Shown here piece by piece: positions 27,530-35,377 of a DNA stretch of 64,000 bases. A model generated the notes under the pieces. The model made no database searches. It worked only from the letters and a program-made list of their open reading frames with translations, and had not been told where the DNA came from. A program made the translations under genes and the position numbers. The stretch comes from Dehalococcoidia bacterium (GTDB lineage Bacteria > Chloroflexota > Dehalococcoidia > Lucifugimonadales > UBA3495). Where the stretch lies: positions 2,323,881 to 2,387,880 of the forward strand of contig OZ252223.1 of NCBI GenBank assembly GCA_965249145.1, written 5' to 3'. How positions within the stretch are numbered: the stretch's first letter is position 1; the number at the start of each line of letters is the position of its first letter.

Positions 27530-28861
27530 ATGACCATTCCGACGGAACACTTGGAACTAATCAAGAGGGAATTGACCGGCATCCGCGATTTCTACGAGGC
27601 CCGCCTCGACGCGGCGGTGCCGCCCATCAAGGAGGAACTCGACCGCGTTTCGGGCCGTGTGGCGAGGCTGCAGGAAATGATGCGCGAGGGCGAGAAGCGG
27701 GCCCTGCTCAGCCAGTACGCTGGCGGCGAGCGCCCCAGAGTCCCCTACGGCAAGTACACTGGTCTCGACCACTTGGACTTGGCCTGCGTGCGCAGCCTGC
27801 TCACCGCCCAGCAGCGGGACCCCGCTGGTATGAGCCCGCGCCTGCTGGACGACTGGCAGGCGAATCTGAAGGCGGCGATGGACTCGACCACCGCCGGGTC
27901 CGGCGACGAATTGGTCGATACCCAGGAAGCGCGGGCGCTGTGGGACGACGTGAACTTGGAGACGGCGGTGGCCCCGCTGTTCAACACCATCCAGATGCCC
28001 AGCAACCCTTTCCAAATACCGCTGCAGCTGGGCGATGTGAACTGGTATCCCGGCACTCAGAACACCGCCGCCACCAACACCGCCTTGGCCACGGCCCGGC
28101 AGACGCTCACCGCCTACGAGCTGGTGGCCGAGGTCCCTTGGTTCTACGACTTGGACGAGGACGCGGTGATCGCCATGATGGAAGAGTTGCGCCGCAGCCT
28201 GCTGCGGAACGCCCGCGAGGTGATCGACGACGTCATTCTGAACGGCGACGCTACCACGACCAACAACATCAACGCCGACGGGGCCGCCATTGCCACCTCC
28301 ACGGCGGGCAAGGGCCACTGGCTGCTGGGCTTCGACGGCCTACTTCACCTGCCGCTGGTGGACAACACCAGCCAGGCAAACAATCACAACGCCGCCGTCT
28401 CCGACGACATGTTCAACGAGGTGCGCTCCAAGCTGGGCAAGTACGGCGTCCGCCCCTCCGAGGTCGTCTACATCACCGACGTCAACACCTTCATACGGTC
28501 GCTGAGCATCTCCAGCTTCCGCACCCTGGACAGGTTCGGCCCCCAGGCCACGGTGCTGACCGGGCAGTTGGGCGCGGTGGAGGGCATACCGCTAATCGTT
28601 TCCGAGCAGATGGCGTTGGCCGACGCCGACGGCAAGGTGACCGACGGCGGCAACACCGCCGACACGGGCCGGTTGCTGGCGGTGAACCGCTCTCAGTGGC
28701 GGGTCGGCTTCAAGCGCGAGCTGACTATAGAGACGGTCCGCGACGCCCAGAAGAGGCAGAACATCATGGTGGTTAGCTTCCGCATCGCGCTGCAAGAACG
28801 CAGCGGATCGCGTTCTTCCGCCACTCACACCGCCCTGCAATACAACATAACCGGGGTCTAG
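27530..28861 (+). CDS. HK97-like phage major capsid protein with an N-terminal coiled-coil (delta/scaffold-like) region
   Basis: 443-aa ORF with AGGAGG RBS, directly after the protease gene. About 100 aa of helical N-terminus, then a Phage_capsid-like body (GQLGAVEGIPLIVSEQM..., WRVGFKRELTIE). Confidence 0.85.
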   Translation: MTIPTEHLELIKRELTGIRDFYEARLDAAVPPIKEELDRVSGRVARLQEMMREGEKRALLSQYAGGERPRVPYGKYTGLDHLDLACVRSLLTAQQRDPAGMSPRLLDDWQANLKAAMDSTTAGSGDELVDTQEARALWDDVNLETAVAPLFNTIQMPSNPFQIPLQLGDVNWYPGTQNTAATNTALATARQTLTAYELVAEVPWFYDLDEDAVIAMMEELRRSLLRNAREVIDDVILNGDATTTNNINADGAAIATSTAGKGHWLLGFDGLLHLPLVDNTSQANNHNAAVSDDMFNEVRSKLGKYGVRPSEVVYITDVNTFIRSLSISSFRTLDRFGPQATVLTGQLGAVEGIPLIVSEQMALADADGKVTDGGNTADTGRLLAVNRSQWRVGFKRELTIETVRDAQKRQNIMVVSFRIALQERSGSRSSATHTALQYNITGV

Positions 28862-28863
28862 GG

Positions 28864-29262
28864 ATGACCACACGCCGCAACCGGAAAGTCCAGCCCCGTC
28901 CTCGGGCTTACTCGGTGCTGCTCGCCTCCCGCGACACCAACACTTCCAATACCCGCGAGACTCTGGCCCGTCCCAACAAGGGCAAACGCATTCGCTTGGT
29001 GCGGGTCAAGGCGCTACAGGAAACCCAGAGCGGGCGGCGGCTATACGAGGTCTATTTTGGCGCCGGGGCCGACATAACCACCGCCCCGGCCAACGCGGTG
29101 GACACGCTGGACATCCCGGACCTGGGGGAGGCGGCGACCCGCGTCTTTCTGCGGGAAGAGGGGCCCCGAGGCGAACGGGATGAGGCGCTGAGCGGGCGAT
29201 GGCAGGGGGCTGCTCCGTCCAACTCGCACAAGATCATGGTGGAGTACACCGAGGAGAGCTAG
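28864..29262 (+). CDS. hypothetical protein, paralog A (Arg-rich N-terminal arm plus beta-rich domain)
   Basis: 132-aa ORF. Collinear with paralog B: RIRL(V/I)RVK.LQ......R.L.E(V/L)YFG......(T/D)......D.L.(I/V)PDLG.A.TR......EGPRG.......L..RW.G..P.....K(I/L)(M/I)(V/I)EY(T/S)EE. Confidence 0.55.
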   Translation: MTTRRNRKVQPRPRAYSVLLASRDTNTSNTRETLARPNKGKRIRLVRVKALQETQSGRRLYEVYFGAGADITTAPANAVDTLDIPDLGEAATRVFLREEGPRGERDEALSGRWQGAAPSNSHKIMVEYTEES

Positions 29263-29268
29263 ACGGCC

Positions 29269-29667
29269 ATGACCAGCAGGCAGGCCCATCGGGCCCCGTT
29301 GCGCCGCCGTCCGTTCGTCCCGAAGACGGTCGACGTCAAGCCGCGGACCAGCACCCGCAGGCAGACCATTCTGAGCCCCAGACCCGGCTACCGGATACGG
29401 TTGATCCGAGTGAAGGTCCTGCAAACCGAAAGCGACGGACGGCATCTGTGCGAGCTTTACTTCGGCAGCGCGGGCAACCTGATCGCCGACCCGTCCAAGG
29501 GAATCGACATTCTTGCGGTCCCGGACTTGGGCACGGCCTCCACGCGCATCTATCCCAAGAACGAAGGGCCGCGGGGTCTGCGCGGCGAACCGCTCAGCCT
29601 GCGCTGGCGCGGCTCGTCTCCCACCAAGGACCACAAGCTGATCATTGAATACTCCGAAGAAGCCTAG
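29269..29667 (+). CDS. hypothetical protein, paralog B
   Basis: 132-aa ORF, same length and architecture as 28864..29262. Confidence 0.55.
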   Translation: MTSRQAHRAPLRRRPFVPKTVDVKPRTSTRRQTILSPRPGYRIRLIRVKVLQTESDGRHLCELYFGSAGNLIADPSKGIDILAVPDLGTASTRIYPKNEGPRGLRGEPLSLRWRGSSPTKDHKLIIEYSEEA

Positions 29668-29680
29668 CGAGGTAATTGGG

Positions 29681-30505
29681 ATGGGCCGCGAAGCATACCG
29701 GTCTCTGTACGGCGATTTGACCAAGCTCAAGGACGACAGCGTGCTCAAGGACCCGGCGGCCGGCAGCGACGACGATGACGAGCTCTTCGAGTTGCTGCTG
29801 GCGGTCTCGGATTGGGTCGACCGCTACTGCAACCGGCACTTCTACCCGCGGACGGAGTCGTTGGTGTTTGACGGCAGCGGCTCAGACCGTCTGCTGGTAC
29901 CCGACTTGGTTTCGGTGGAGTCGGTCGCCGAAGACGTCCGCGGCGATTCAGGCTTCGAGCTCACCTGGCAGGCGGGCAGCTACCGTCTGCTGCCGTACAA
30001 CGCTGAGCCGTGCAAGCCTTGGGGCCTACCGTATCACCTGGTCCAGGCGCGGGGGTGGGCCGGAGGGGAGACCCGTTTCACCCCCGGGGAGGGCAACTTC
30101 CGCGTTTCTGGCGTTTGGGGCTACCGGTCCTTCCAGGAAGCCAGCGGCGCGGTCCTTGGCAGCGCGGGAGCGGCTTCGACCGATCCTGAAATTGCGGTGG
30201 ACGACGGAGCGCAGTTCCGAGTGGGGCTAACCGTGGTGGTAGGAAGCGAGCAGATGTTGATTACCGGTATAACCGGCAACACACTCACCGTTACCCGCGG
30301 CCTGAACGGCACGGAGACCGGTTCCCACGCCGGCGCCGACGCCATCGGCATCGTTCGCTGGCCGGCATCGGTGGAGCGTGCGGCGCTGATTCAGGCCGCC
30401 CGCATTTGGACCCGCGCCGCCGATTTCGAGCCGTTCTACGTCGACGCCGATGTGGACACCGACGTACGATTGCTGCTGGAACCCTATCGCAAACCGTCGG
30501 TTTAG
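29681..30505 (+). CDS. phage head-tail connector (gp6-like adaptor) with a C-terminal extension
   Basis: ORF 29645..30505. ATG 29681 follows GAGG. The N-terminal ELFELLLAVSDWVDRYCNRHF resembles gp6-like adaptors. The C-terminal half carries LTVTRGLNGTETGSHAGADAIGIV. Confidence 0.55.
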   Translation: MGREAYRSLYGDLTKLKDDSVLKDPAAGSDDDDELFELLLAVSDWVDRYCNRHFYPRTESLVFDGSGSDRLLVPDLVSVESVAEDVRGDSGFELTWQAGSYRLLPYNAEPCKPWGLPYHLVQARGWAGGETRFTPGEGNFRVSGVWGYRSFQEASGAVLGSAGAASTDPEIAVDDGAQFRVGLTVVVGSEQMLITGITGNTLTVTRGLNGTETGSHAGADAIGIVRWPASVERAALIQAARIWTRAADFEPFYVDADVDTDVRLLLEPYRKPSV

Positions 30506-30613
30506 GTGCCGGAATCCCATCAATCAACAAGTTGACGACTGTCTATATACGCGCTCGGATTGGCAGGTTTGAACGAATTGCTGGGGGATGCTCCCACAAC
30601 TGGAGGACACTCA

Positions 30614-30943
30614 ATGCACCGGTTGCTCAACCCTAAAACTCTGGTCCTGCTGGCGGCCGCGATGGTCATGGTAATCGCGGTGGCCTGTGGATCGGCGGAG
30701 GAACCAACCGAGGCTCCCGCTGCCACAAGCGTGCCCGCGCCGACCCCCGAGGAGGACACGTCGTCCGGCGGTCCCGCGCCCACGGCTGAGCCCACAGTGA
30801 CCAGCGCCCCGGCTCCCGCCGGATCCCGCCCGACCAATACGCCGTTCCCAACGCCCACTTCGATCGCGGCCCAGCCCGCGACCGGTGATGCGAGGGCTGG
30901 CGGCGAAATCCACATGTCCGCCGACGCCGACGCCGGGTGGTGA
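30614..30943 (+). pseudogene. 5' fragment of a lipoprotein / ABC substrate-binding protein (signal peptide plus Pro/Thr/Ala linker only)
   Basis: MHRLLNPKTLVLLAAAMVMVIAVACGSAEE (lipobox-like AVAC), then a low-complexity linker. The ORF ends after GGEIHMSADADAGW, where a mature domain should begin. TGGAGGA RBS. Confidence 0.55.
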
Positions 30944-31616
30944 GACCTTCCTTGGAACCGACCAACTGGGTCGTGACGTAACGAGCCGTCTCATGTATGG
31001 GGCGTGGATCTCGATGAAGGTGGGGTTGGTCAGCGTTCTAATAGGGATCACCGGTGGGACGTTGATCGGCGTTTTCAGCGCCTACATGGGTGGCGTAGTT
31101 GACTTGGCCATCCAGCGGGCGGTGGATGCCCTCATGGGGTTTCCGCCCATCATCCTGGCGCTGGGGCTAATGGCGGCGCTCGGCGCATCCGACCGGAACG
31201 TGATGATTGCGCTGGTGGCGATACTGCTGCCGGGAGCCACGCGGGTCATACGATCGCAGGCCCTGAGCATCAAGGAGTTGGACTATACCCTGTCGGCGCG
31301 GGCTATAGGCGCGACTCCGATGCGTATCGTCCTGCGACACATGCTGCCCAACGTGGCGGCGACCTACATCGTGCTGATGACCATCAGCCTGGGCTTCGCC
31401 ATCGTGGTGGAGGCTGCGCTGAGCTTCCTTGGCGTTGGCATTCCGCCGGACGTGCCGACCTGGGGCGGTATGCTGCAACTGGGCCGCAAGTTCATCGACA
31501 CGCAGGCGTGGCTGCCGGTGCCGCCGATGCTGGCCATAGGTTTGGTCGTATTCGCCGTGAATTTCCTGGGGGACGGGCTGCGGGACGTGCTGGACCCGAG
31601 GCTGCGCGGGCGTTAA
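30885..31616 (+). pseudogene. N-terminally truncated ABC peptide/nickel-type permease (DppC/OppC-like)
   Basis: Homology starts at FLGTDQLGRDVTSRLMYGAWISMKVG, which normally follows the first TM helix. An EAA-like loop follows (ELDYTLSARAIGATPMRIVLRHMLPN). There is no proper start, and the frame differs from the fragment at 30614. Confidence 0.7.
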
Positions 31617-31639
31617 TCGCCGGACAATCTTGTAGGGCG

Positions 31640-31683
31640 GAGAACGCCGGGGTGGAGACCAGTCTCCGCACCCCGGCGTTCTC
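31640..31683. repeat. hairpin of the CTCTGCGTT repeat family (possible terminator of the permease remnant)
   Basis: GAGAACGCCGGGGTG(GAGA)-loop-(TCTC)CGCACCCCGGCGTTCTC. CTCTGCG recurs at 31681, 31694, 31761 and 31779. Confidence 0.5.
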
Positions 31684-31826
31684 TGCGTTGGTCCTCTGCG
31701 TTATCATTCTCTCCGTGAAATGAAGACCGGCGGTCACTCATTCGTGGTTAGGGTATCAGTCTCTGCGGCCCGGGAGCCTCTGCGTTAAGATATATGCTGG
31801 ATCGACCATAGCCAGGACGAACGAAT

Positions 31827-32630
31827 TTGACTGAAGAACTGCTGGACGGAGACATCCTGCTGGACCGGGAGCCGCTATTGGCGACGGTAACCGTGAACCG
31901 GCCGGGCCAGCGCAATGCCCTCAGCTTCGCCATGTGGCACGAGCTCACGGCGCTGATGGGGCGTCTGGACGAAGACCCCAAGGTGCGAGCGGTGGTGATA
32001 ACCGGCGCGGGCGGCGAGGCGTTCTCCGCCGGGGCCGACATCGCCGACTTCGAGGAGTACCGCTCCGACTCGGCCAAGGGCCGGGTCTACAACGCGGCGG
32101 TCAACGGGCTGTTGGAGGCCCTCACCGAAATGGCCACTCCGACCATCTCGATGATCGAGGGCTTCGCCGCTGGCGGTGGGTGCGAGTTGGCCGTCGCCAC
32201 CGACGTTCGCATCGCCGCGGAGGGAAGCCGATTGGGCATACCGGTGGCCCGCTTGGGCATCACCATTGGCCACCGGGAGATGCGGGGGCTGGTGGACTTG
32301 GTCGGCAAGGGCAACGCACTTTACATTCTGCTATCAGGGAGGCTCTTGGACGCCCACGAAGCCCTGCGTATCGGCTTGGTCAATCAGGTGACGCTGACCG
32401 AGGAGTTGCGCGACGTCACCTACCGCCTAGCCGGGGAAATCGCCAGCCTGGCCCCCCTTTCCCACGCGGTCAACAAGCTGACGCTGAGGCAGGTGCAGGC
32501 CAAACACAGGCTAGAAGACTTGACCCCCGAGGAGGCCGATCTGCCTTTGACCCATTTCGATACCGTCGACTACCTGGAGGGCTACCGCGCCTTCCTGGAA
32601 AAGCGCCGCCCCCGGTTCGTCGGCCGCTAA
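31827..32630 (+). CDS. enoyl-CoA hydratase/isomerase (crotonase) family protein
   Basis: 267-aa ORF (TTG start). VNRPGQRNALS, ITGAGGEAFSAGADI, and GFAAGGGCELAVATDVRIAA. Confidence 0.85.
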   Translation: MTEELLDGDILLDREPLLATVTVNRPGQRNALSFAMWHELTALMGRLDEDPKVRAVVITGAGGEAFSAGADIADFEEYRSDSAKGRVYNAAVNGLLEALTEMATPTISMIEGFAAGGGCELAVATDVRIAAEGSRLGIPVARLGITIGHREMRGLVDLVGKGNALYILLSGRLLDAHEALRIGLVNQVTLTEELRDVTYRLAGEIASLAPLSHAVNKLTLRQVQAKHRLEDLTPEEADLPLTHFDTVDYLEGYRAFLEKRRPRFVGR

Positions 32631-32633
32631 CCA

Positions 32634-33395
32634 ATGCCCCGCGCCGCCCGCATCCGCGCCGACCTGCTGCTGGTGCAGCGTGGCTTGGCCGAGAGCCGGG
32701 AGCGGGCTCAAGCCCTGATCATGGAAGGCGTGGTCTTCGCTCCCTCAGGCCCCGTCGTCAAGGCGGGGACCATGTTGGCCGACTCGATCGAGTTGGAAGT
32801 CCGAGGGCGTCTGCCCTACGTTAGCCGAGGCGGGGTGAAGCTGGAGCATGCATTGGACTGTTTCGGGCTGGACGTGGACGGCGTAACAGCCCTGGACGTC
32901 GGCGCATCCACCGGCGGCTTCACCGACTGTCTTCTACAGCGCGGAGCGAGCCGGGTCTACGCCGTGGACGTGGGGCACGGGCAATTGAGCTACAAGCTGC
33001 GCCAAGACCCCCGGGTGGTGGCCGCCGAGAAGCTGAACGCCCGCTATCCCTTCGAGCTGCCGGAGCCAGTAGGACTGGTAGTGGTGGACGTTTCGTTCAT
33101 CAGCCTGACCTTGGTGTTGCCACCGGCGCTGGAGCACCTGCGGGCTGGGGAGCATGCAGTGGCTTTGGTGAAGCCGCAGTTCGAGGCGCCCCGCGAGCTG
33201 GTAGGACGGGGCGGCGTGGTGCGCGACCCCACGACCCACGCTGCGGTCCTGAGCAAGGTCGTGAACTGGGCGGTGAACCAAGGGCTCAGGGTGCGCAACA
33301 TGTGCCGCTCTCCCATCGTCGGCGACGCCGGGAATGTGGAGTTCTTCGTCTTGCTGCAGAAACCAAGGCAACTCCCCGGAGATAGCATCCCGTAG
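32634..33395 (+). CDS. tlyA: TlyA family rRNA (cytidine-2'-O)-methyltransferase
   Basis: 253-aa ORF. S4-like N-terminus RADLLLVQRGLAESRERAQALI, YVSRGGVKLEHAL, and the SAM motif LDVGASTGGFTDCLLQRGA. Confidence 0.85.
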   Translation: MPRAARIRADLLLVQRGLAESRERAQALIMEGVVFAPSGPVVKAGTMLADSIELEVRGRLPYVSRGGVKLEHALDCFGLDVDGVTALDVGASTGGFTDCLLQRGASRVYAVDVGHGQLSYKLRQDPRVVAAEKLNARYPFELPEPVGLVVVDVSFISLTLVLPPALEHLRAGEHAVALVKPQFEAPRELVGRGGVVRDPTTHAAVLSKVVNWAVNQGLRVRNMCRSPIVGDAGNVEFFVLLQKPRQLPGDSIP

Positions 33396-33480
33396 GGGCG
33401 CACCCCGAAGCGTCCTCGGCATCCCCATTACGCTGACCCGTCCATTTACCGCTGTTAAAGCATTATCGGAGGTTGAAACG

Positions 33481-33954
33481 ATGGAAGTGCAAGAGATCGC
33501 GCAAATCCTAACCGACCGGGGCGAGACCGTGTCGGTGGCCGAAGCCTGTACCTGCGGGCTGGTGGGCTACCTGCTGGGTACGGTGCCGGGCAGTTCGCGC
33601 TACTTCCCCGGTGGGGTGGTTGCCTATACCGGCGGACTGAAGGAGAAGGTGCTCGGTGTGCCCGACGACGTCGCCGCCACCCACGGCACGGTGAGCCGAG
33701 AAATGGCGAGCGCCATGGCCCGAGGCGTCCGTGAGCTCACTGGCACCAACTACGCCATATCCACCACCGGCGTCACTGGCCCGGCCGCCGGGCGCTCGGG
33801 GTTGCCCATCGGCACCTTCTGGGTCGGCCTTTCGGTCAAGGACGGCGAGGACACCGCTATCGAAGTCCACGTCGACGGCGACCGCGACGCCACCAAGCAT
33901 GGCGCGGCCCAAGCCGCTCTCGATCTGCTGGGCCGCCACCTGACCGGCGGCTAG
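33481..33954 (+). CDS. CinA family protein (PncC-like nicotinamide-nucleotide amidase domain)
   Basis: Part of ORF 33334..33954, from ATG 33481. VSVAEACTCGLVGYLL, YFPGGVVAYT and ISTTGVTGP. Confidence 0.8.
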   Translation: MEVQEIAQILTDRGETVSVAEACTCGLVGYLLGTVPGSSRYFPGGVVAYTGGLKEKVLGVPDDVAATHGTVSREMASAMARGVRELTGTNYAISTTGVTGPAAGRSGLPIGTFWVGLSVKDGEDTAIEVHVDGDRDATKHGAAQAALDLLGRHLTGG

Positions 33955-33966
33955 GGTTCGGGATTT

Positions 33967-34032
33967 AACGCAGAGCACGCCGAGGGCGCCGAGAATCAAG
34001 GAAAACTTTGCGCCCTCGGCGTGCTCTGCGTT
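33967..34032. terminator. perfect 23-bp inverted repeat between convergent genes (bidirectional terminator candidate, CTCTGCGTT family)
   Basis: AACGCAGAGCACGCCGAGGGCGC (33967-33989), 20-nt loop, GCGCCCTCGGCGTGCTCTGCGTT (34010-34032). Confidence 0.55.
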
Positions 34033-34042
34033 TCAGAGAATC

Positions 34043-35185
34043 TCAGCCAGCCGTGTCGGTGAGCCGCTGGCGCATCTGGTCGGGGACTTCGCGGAGGCGT
34101 TGGCGGAAGGCGGTGTTGGCGCGGTCGGCGACGCAGCGGACGGCCTCTTCCATAAGTGCGATGCCGCCGAGGTAGTCGTCGATGTGGATGTACTCGGCCT
34201 CGACCCGGCCCTCGGGTGCGGCGTTGTGGTAGTTCCCCAGAGGGAAGGCCGTGCCAGTGGTCTGGTAGCCGTAGATGGCGAAGGCGCTGGCCTCGCAGAC
34301 GCCGCCGCTCATCAGTTGGCGTTGCGACTTGAACCTGGCGTCGGTGGTCCGCCCTGCCTCGTCGTCCTGTTGCAGCAGCGACTCGCGGGCCCGGATCAGC
34401 ACCGCCTCGGCGTCGGCGTCGAAGGTGGAACCGGCGTCTCCCACCCGAATGACTGGCCCCTTGCCCTGCTCCGCGCCGGGAAGCACCCGGCTGGACTCGG
34501 CGGACACGACCAGCGTTCCCGGCGGGAGTGTGGCGGCTTCGGCGGCCAGCCGTGCACCGACCAGACCGACCTCTTCGGCGCGGGTGAACAGGCCGTAGAA
34601 GTCGCCGGGCGGGGGAATCTCGCTACGGCTAAGGCGGGCCAGAGTGGCCAAAATCGCGCCGCAACCAGCGAGGTCGTCGACCGCCCGCATGCGGATGAAT
34701 TCGCCGTCCAACTCGAAATCCACTAGGTCGAAGACAACCGCGGCGGGAGGTTCCACCGCGCCGGCGTCCGCCGGGTTGACCACCCTCACCAGCACCTGCC
34801 GGTCGGCCTCCTCGCCGTAAGCCCCCACCGTGACCGCCGGGGCTCTGGACCCGTCGGGCAGCAGCACCAGTAGCGGCACGCCTTCGGCGAAGCTGCTGGC
34901 CGGAACACCCCCCAAGGCGTCGGCGACGAAGTGGTCTCCCTCGCGCCCGACGATTTCAAAACCGGGGTGGTCCATGTGGGCCACGATGGCCAACGGGGCG
35001 ACCGAGGCTTCGGTGCCTGGAATGCGGGCCACGATGTTCCCGAAGGCGTCCCGGTGGTGGTCCACGCGCAGCTCGTCCAAGATTTCGATCACCGCGGCCT
35101 CTACGCCTGCTTCATGGAAAGCCACGGCCGGGTTGCGCCCCAGCCGAGCCAGAAAGTCGAGCGCCTCGGACCGTTCGTTGACCAT
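34043..35185 (-). CDS. M42-like (M20/M28-related) aminopeptidase family protein
   Basis: 380-aa ORF. FHEAGV, DAFGNIVARIPG and LAIVAHMDHPGFEIV resemble M42/FrvX-type peptidases. Confidence 0.65.
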   Translation of the reverse strand: MVNERSEALDFLARLGRNPAVAFHEAGVEAAVIEILDELRVDHHRDAFGNIVARIPGTEASVAPLAIVAHMDHPGFEIVGREGDHFVADALGGVPASSFAEGVPLLVLLPDGSRAPAVTVGAYGEEADRQVLVRVVNPADAGAVEPPAAVVFDLVDFELDGEFIRMRAVDDLAGCGAILATLARLSRSEIPPPGDFYGLFTRAEEVGLVGARLAAEAATLPPGTLVVSAESSRVLPGAEQGKGPVIRVGDAGSTFDADAEAVLIRARESLLQQDDEAGRTTDARFKSQRQLMSGGVCEASAFAIYGYQTTGTAFPLGNYHNAAPEGRVEAEYIHIDDYLGGIALMEEAVRCVADRANTAFRQRLREVPDQMRQRLTDTAG

Positions 35186-35377
35186 GAAGCCTCCTGAAGC
35201 CAGCCAGAGTGGATTGGCGCGATTATATCAACCGGAGCGGCGCTGCGGTCCCCGCCTGCCGTCAACCCGACGGCCCGAGCTCCCGGTATCCGGGGGACGG
35301 GACGAGCCTTCGGACTCTGGGCGGCAGCCAGGCAGGAATCCACCGCCGTGACCAGGAACCACGGTGCTATACTCGCG

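Larger units (their letters stand above)
27041..30505 (+). mobile_element. orphan HK97-type phage head-morphogenesis module (prophage remnant or domesticated module)
   Basis: Five co-directional, tightly spaced genes: protease, capsid, two paralogs, adaptor. No terminase, portal, tail, lysis or integrase genes are visible on either side. Confidence 0.6.

Noticed and set aside
27530-28861. The HK97-fold protein as an encapsulin nanocompartment shell.
   Set aside because: It is 443 aa with a delta/scaffold-like coiled-coil N-terminus. It is preceded by a prohead protease and followed by a head-tail adaptor. This is a phage head context, not a cargo-encapsulin operon.
30560-30613. The upstream extension (MAGLNELLGDAPTTGGHS) of the lipoprotein fragment ORF.
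   Set aside because: The ATG at 30614 follows a TGGAGGA RBS and starts a canonical signal peptide. The extension has no support.
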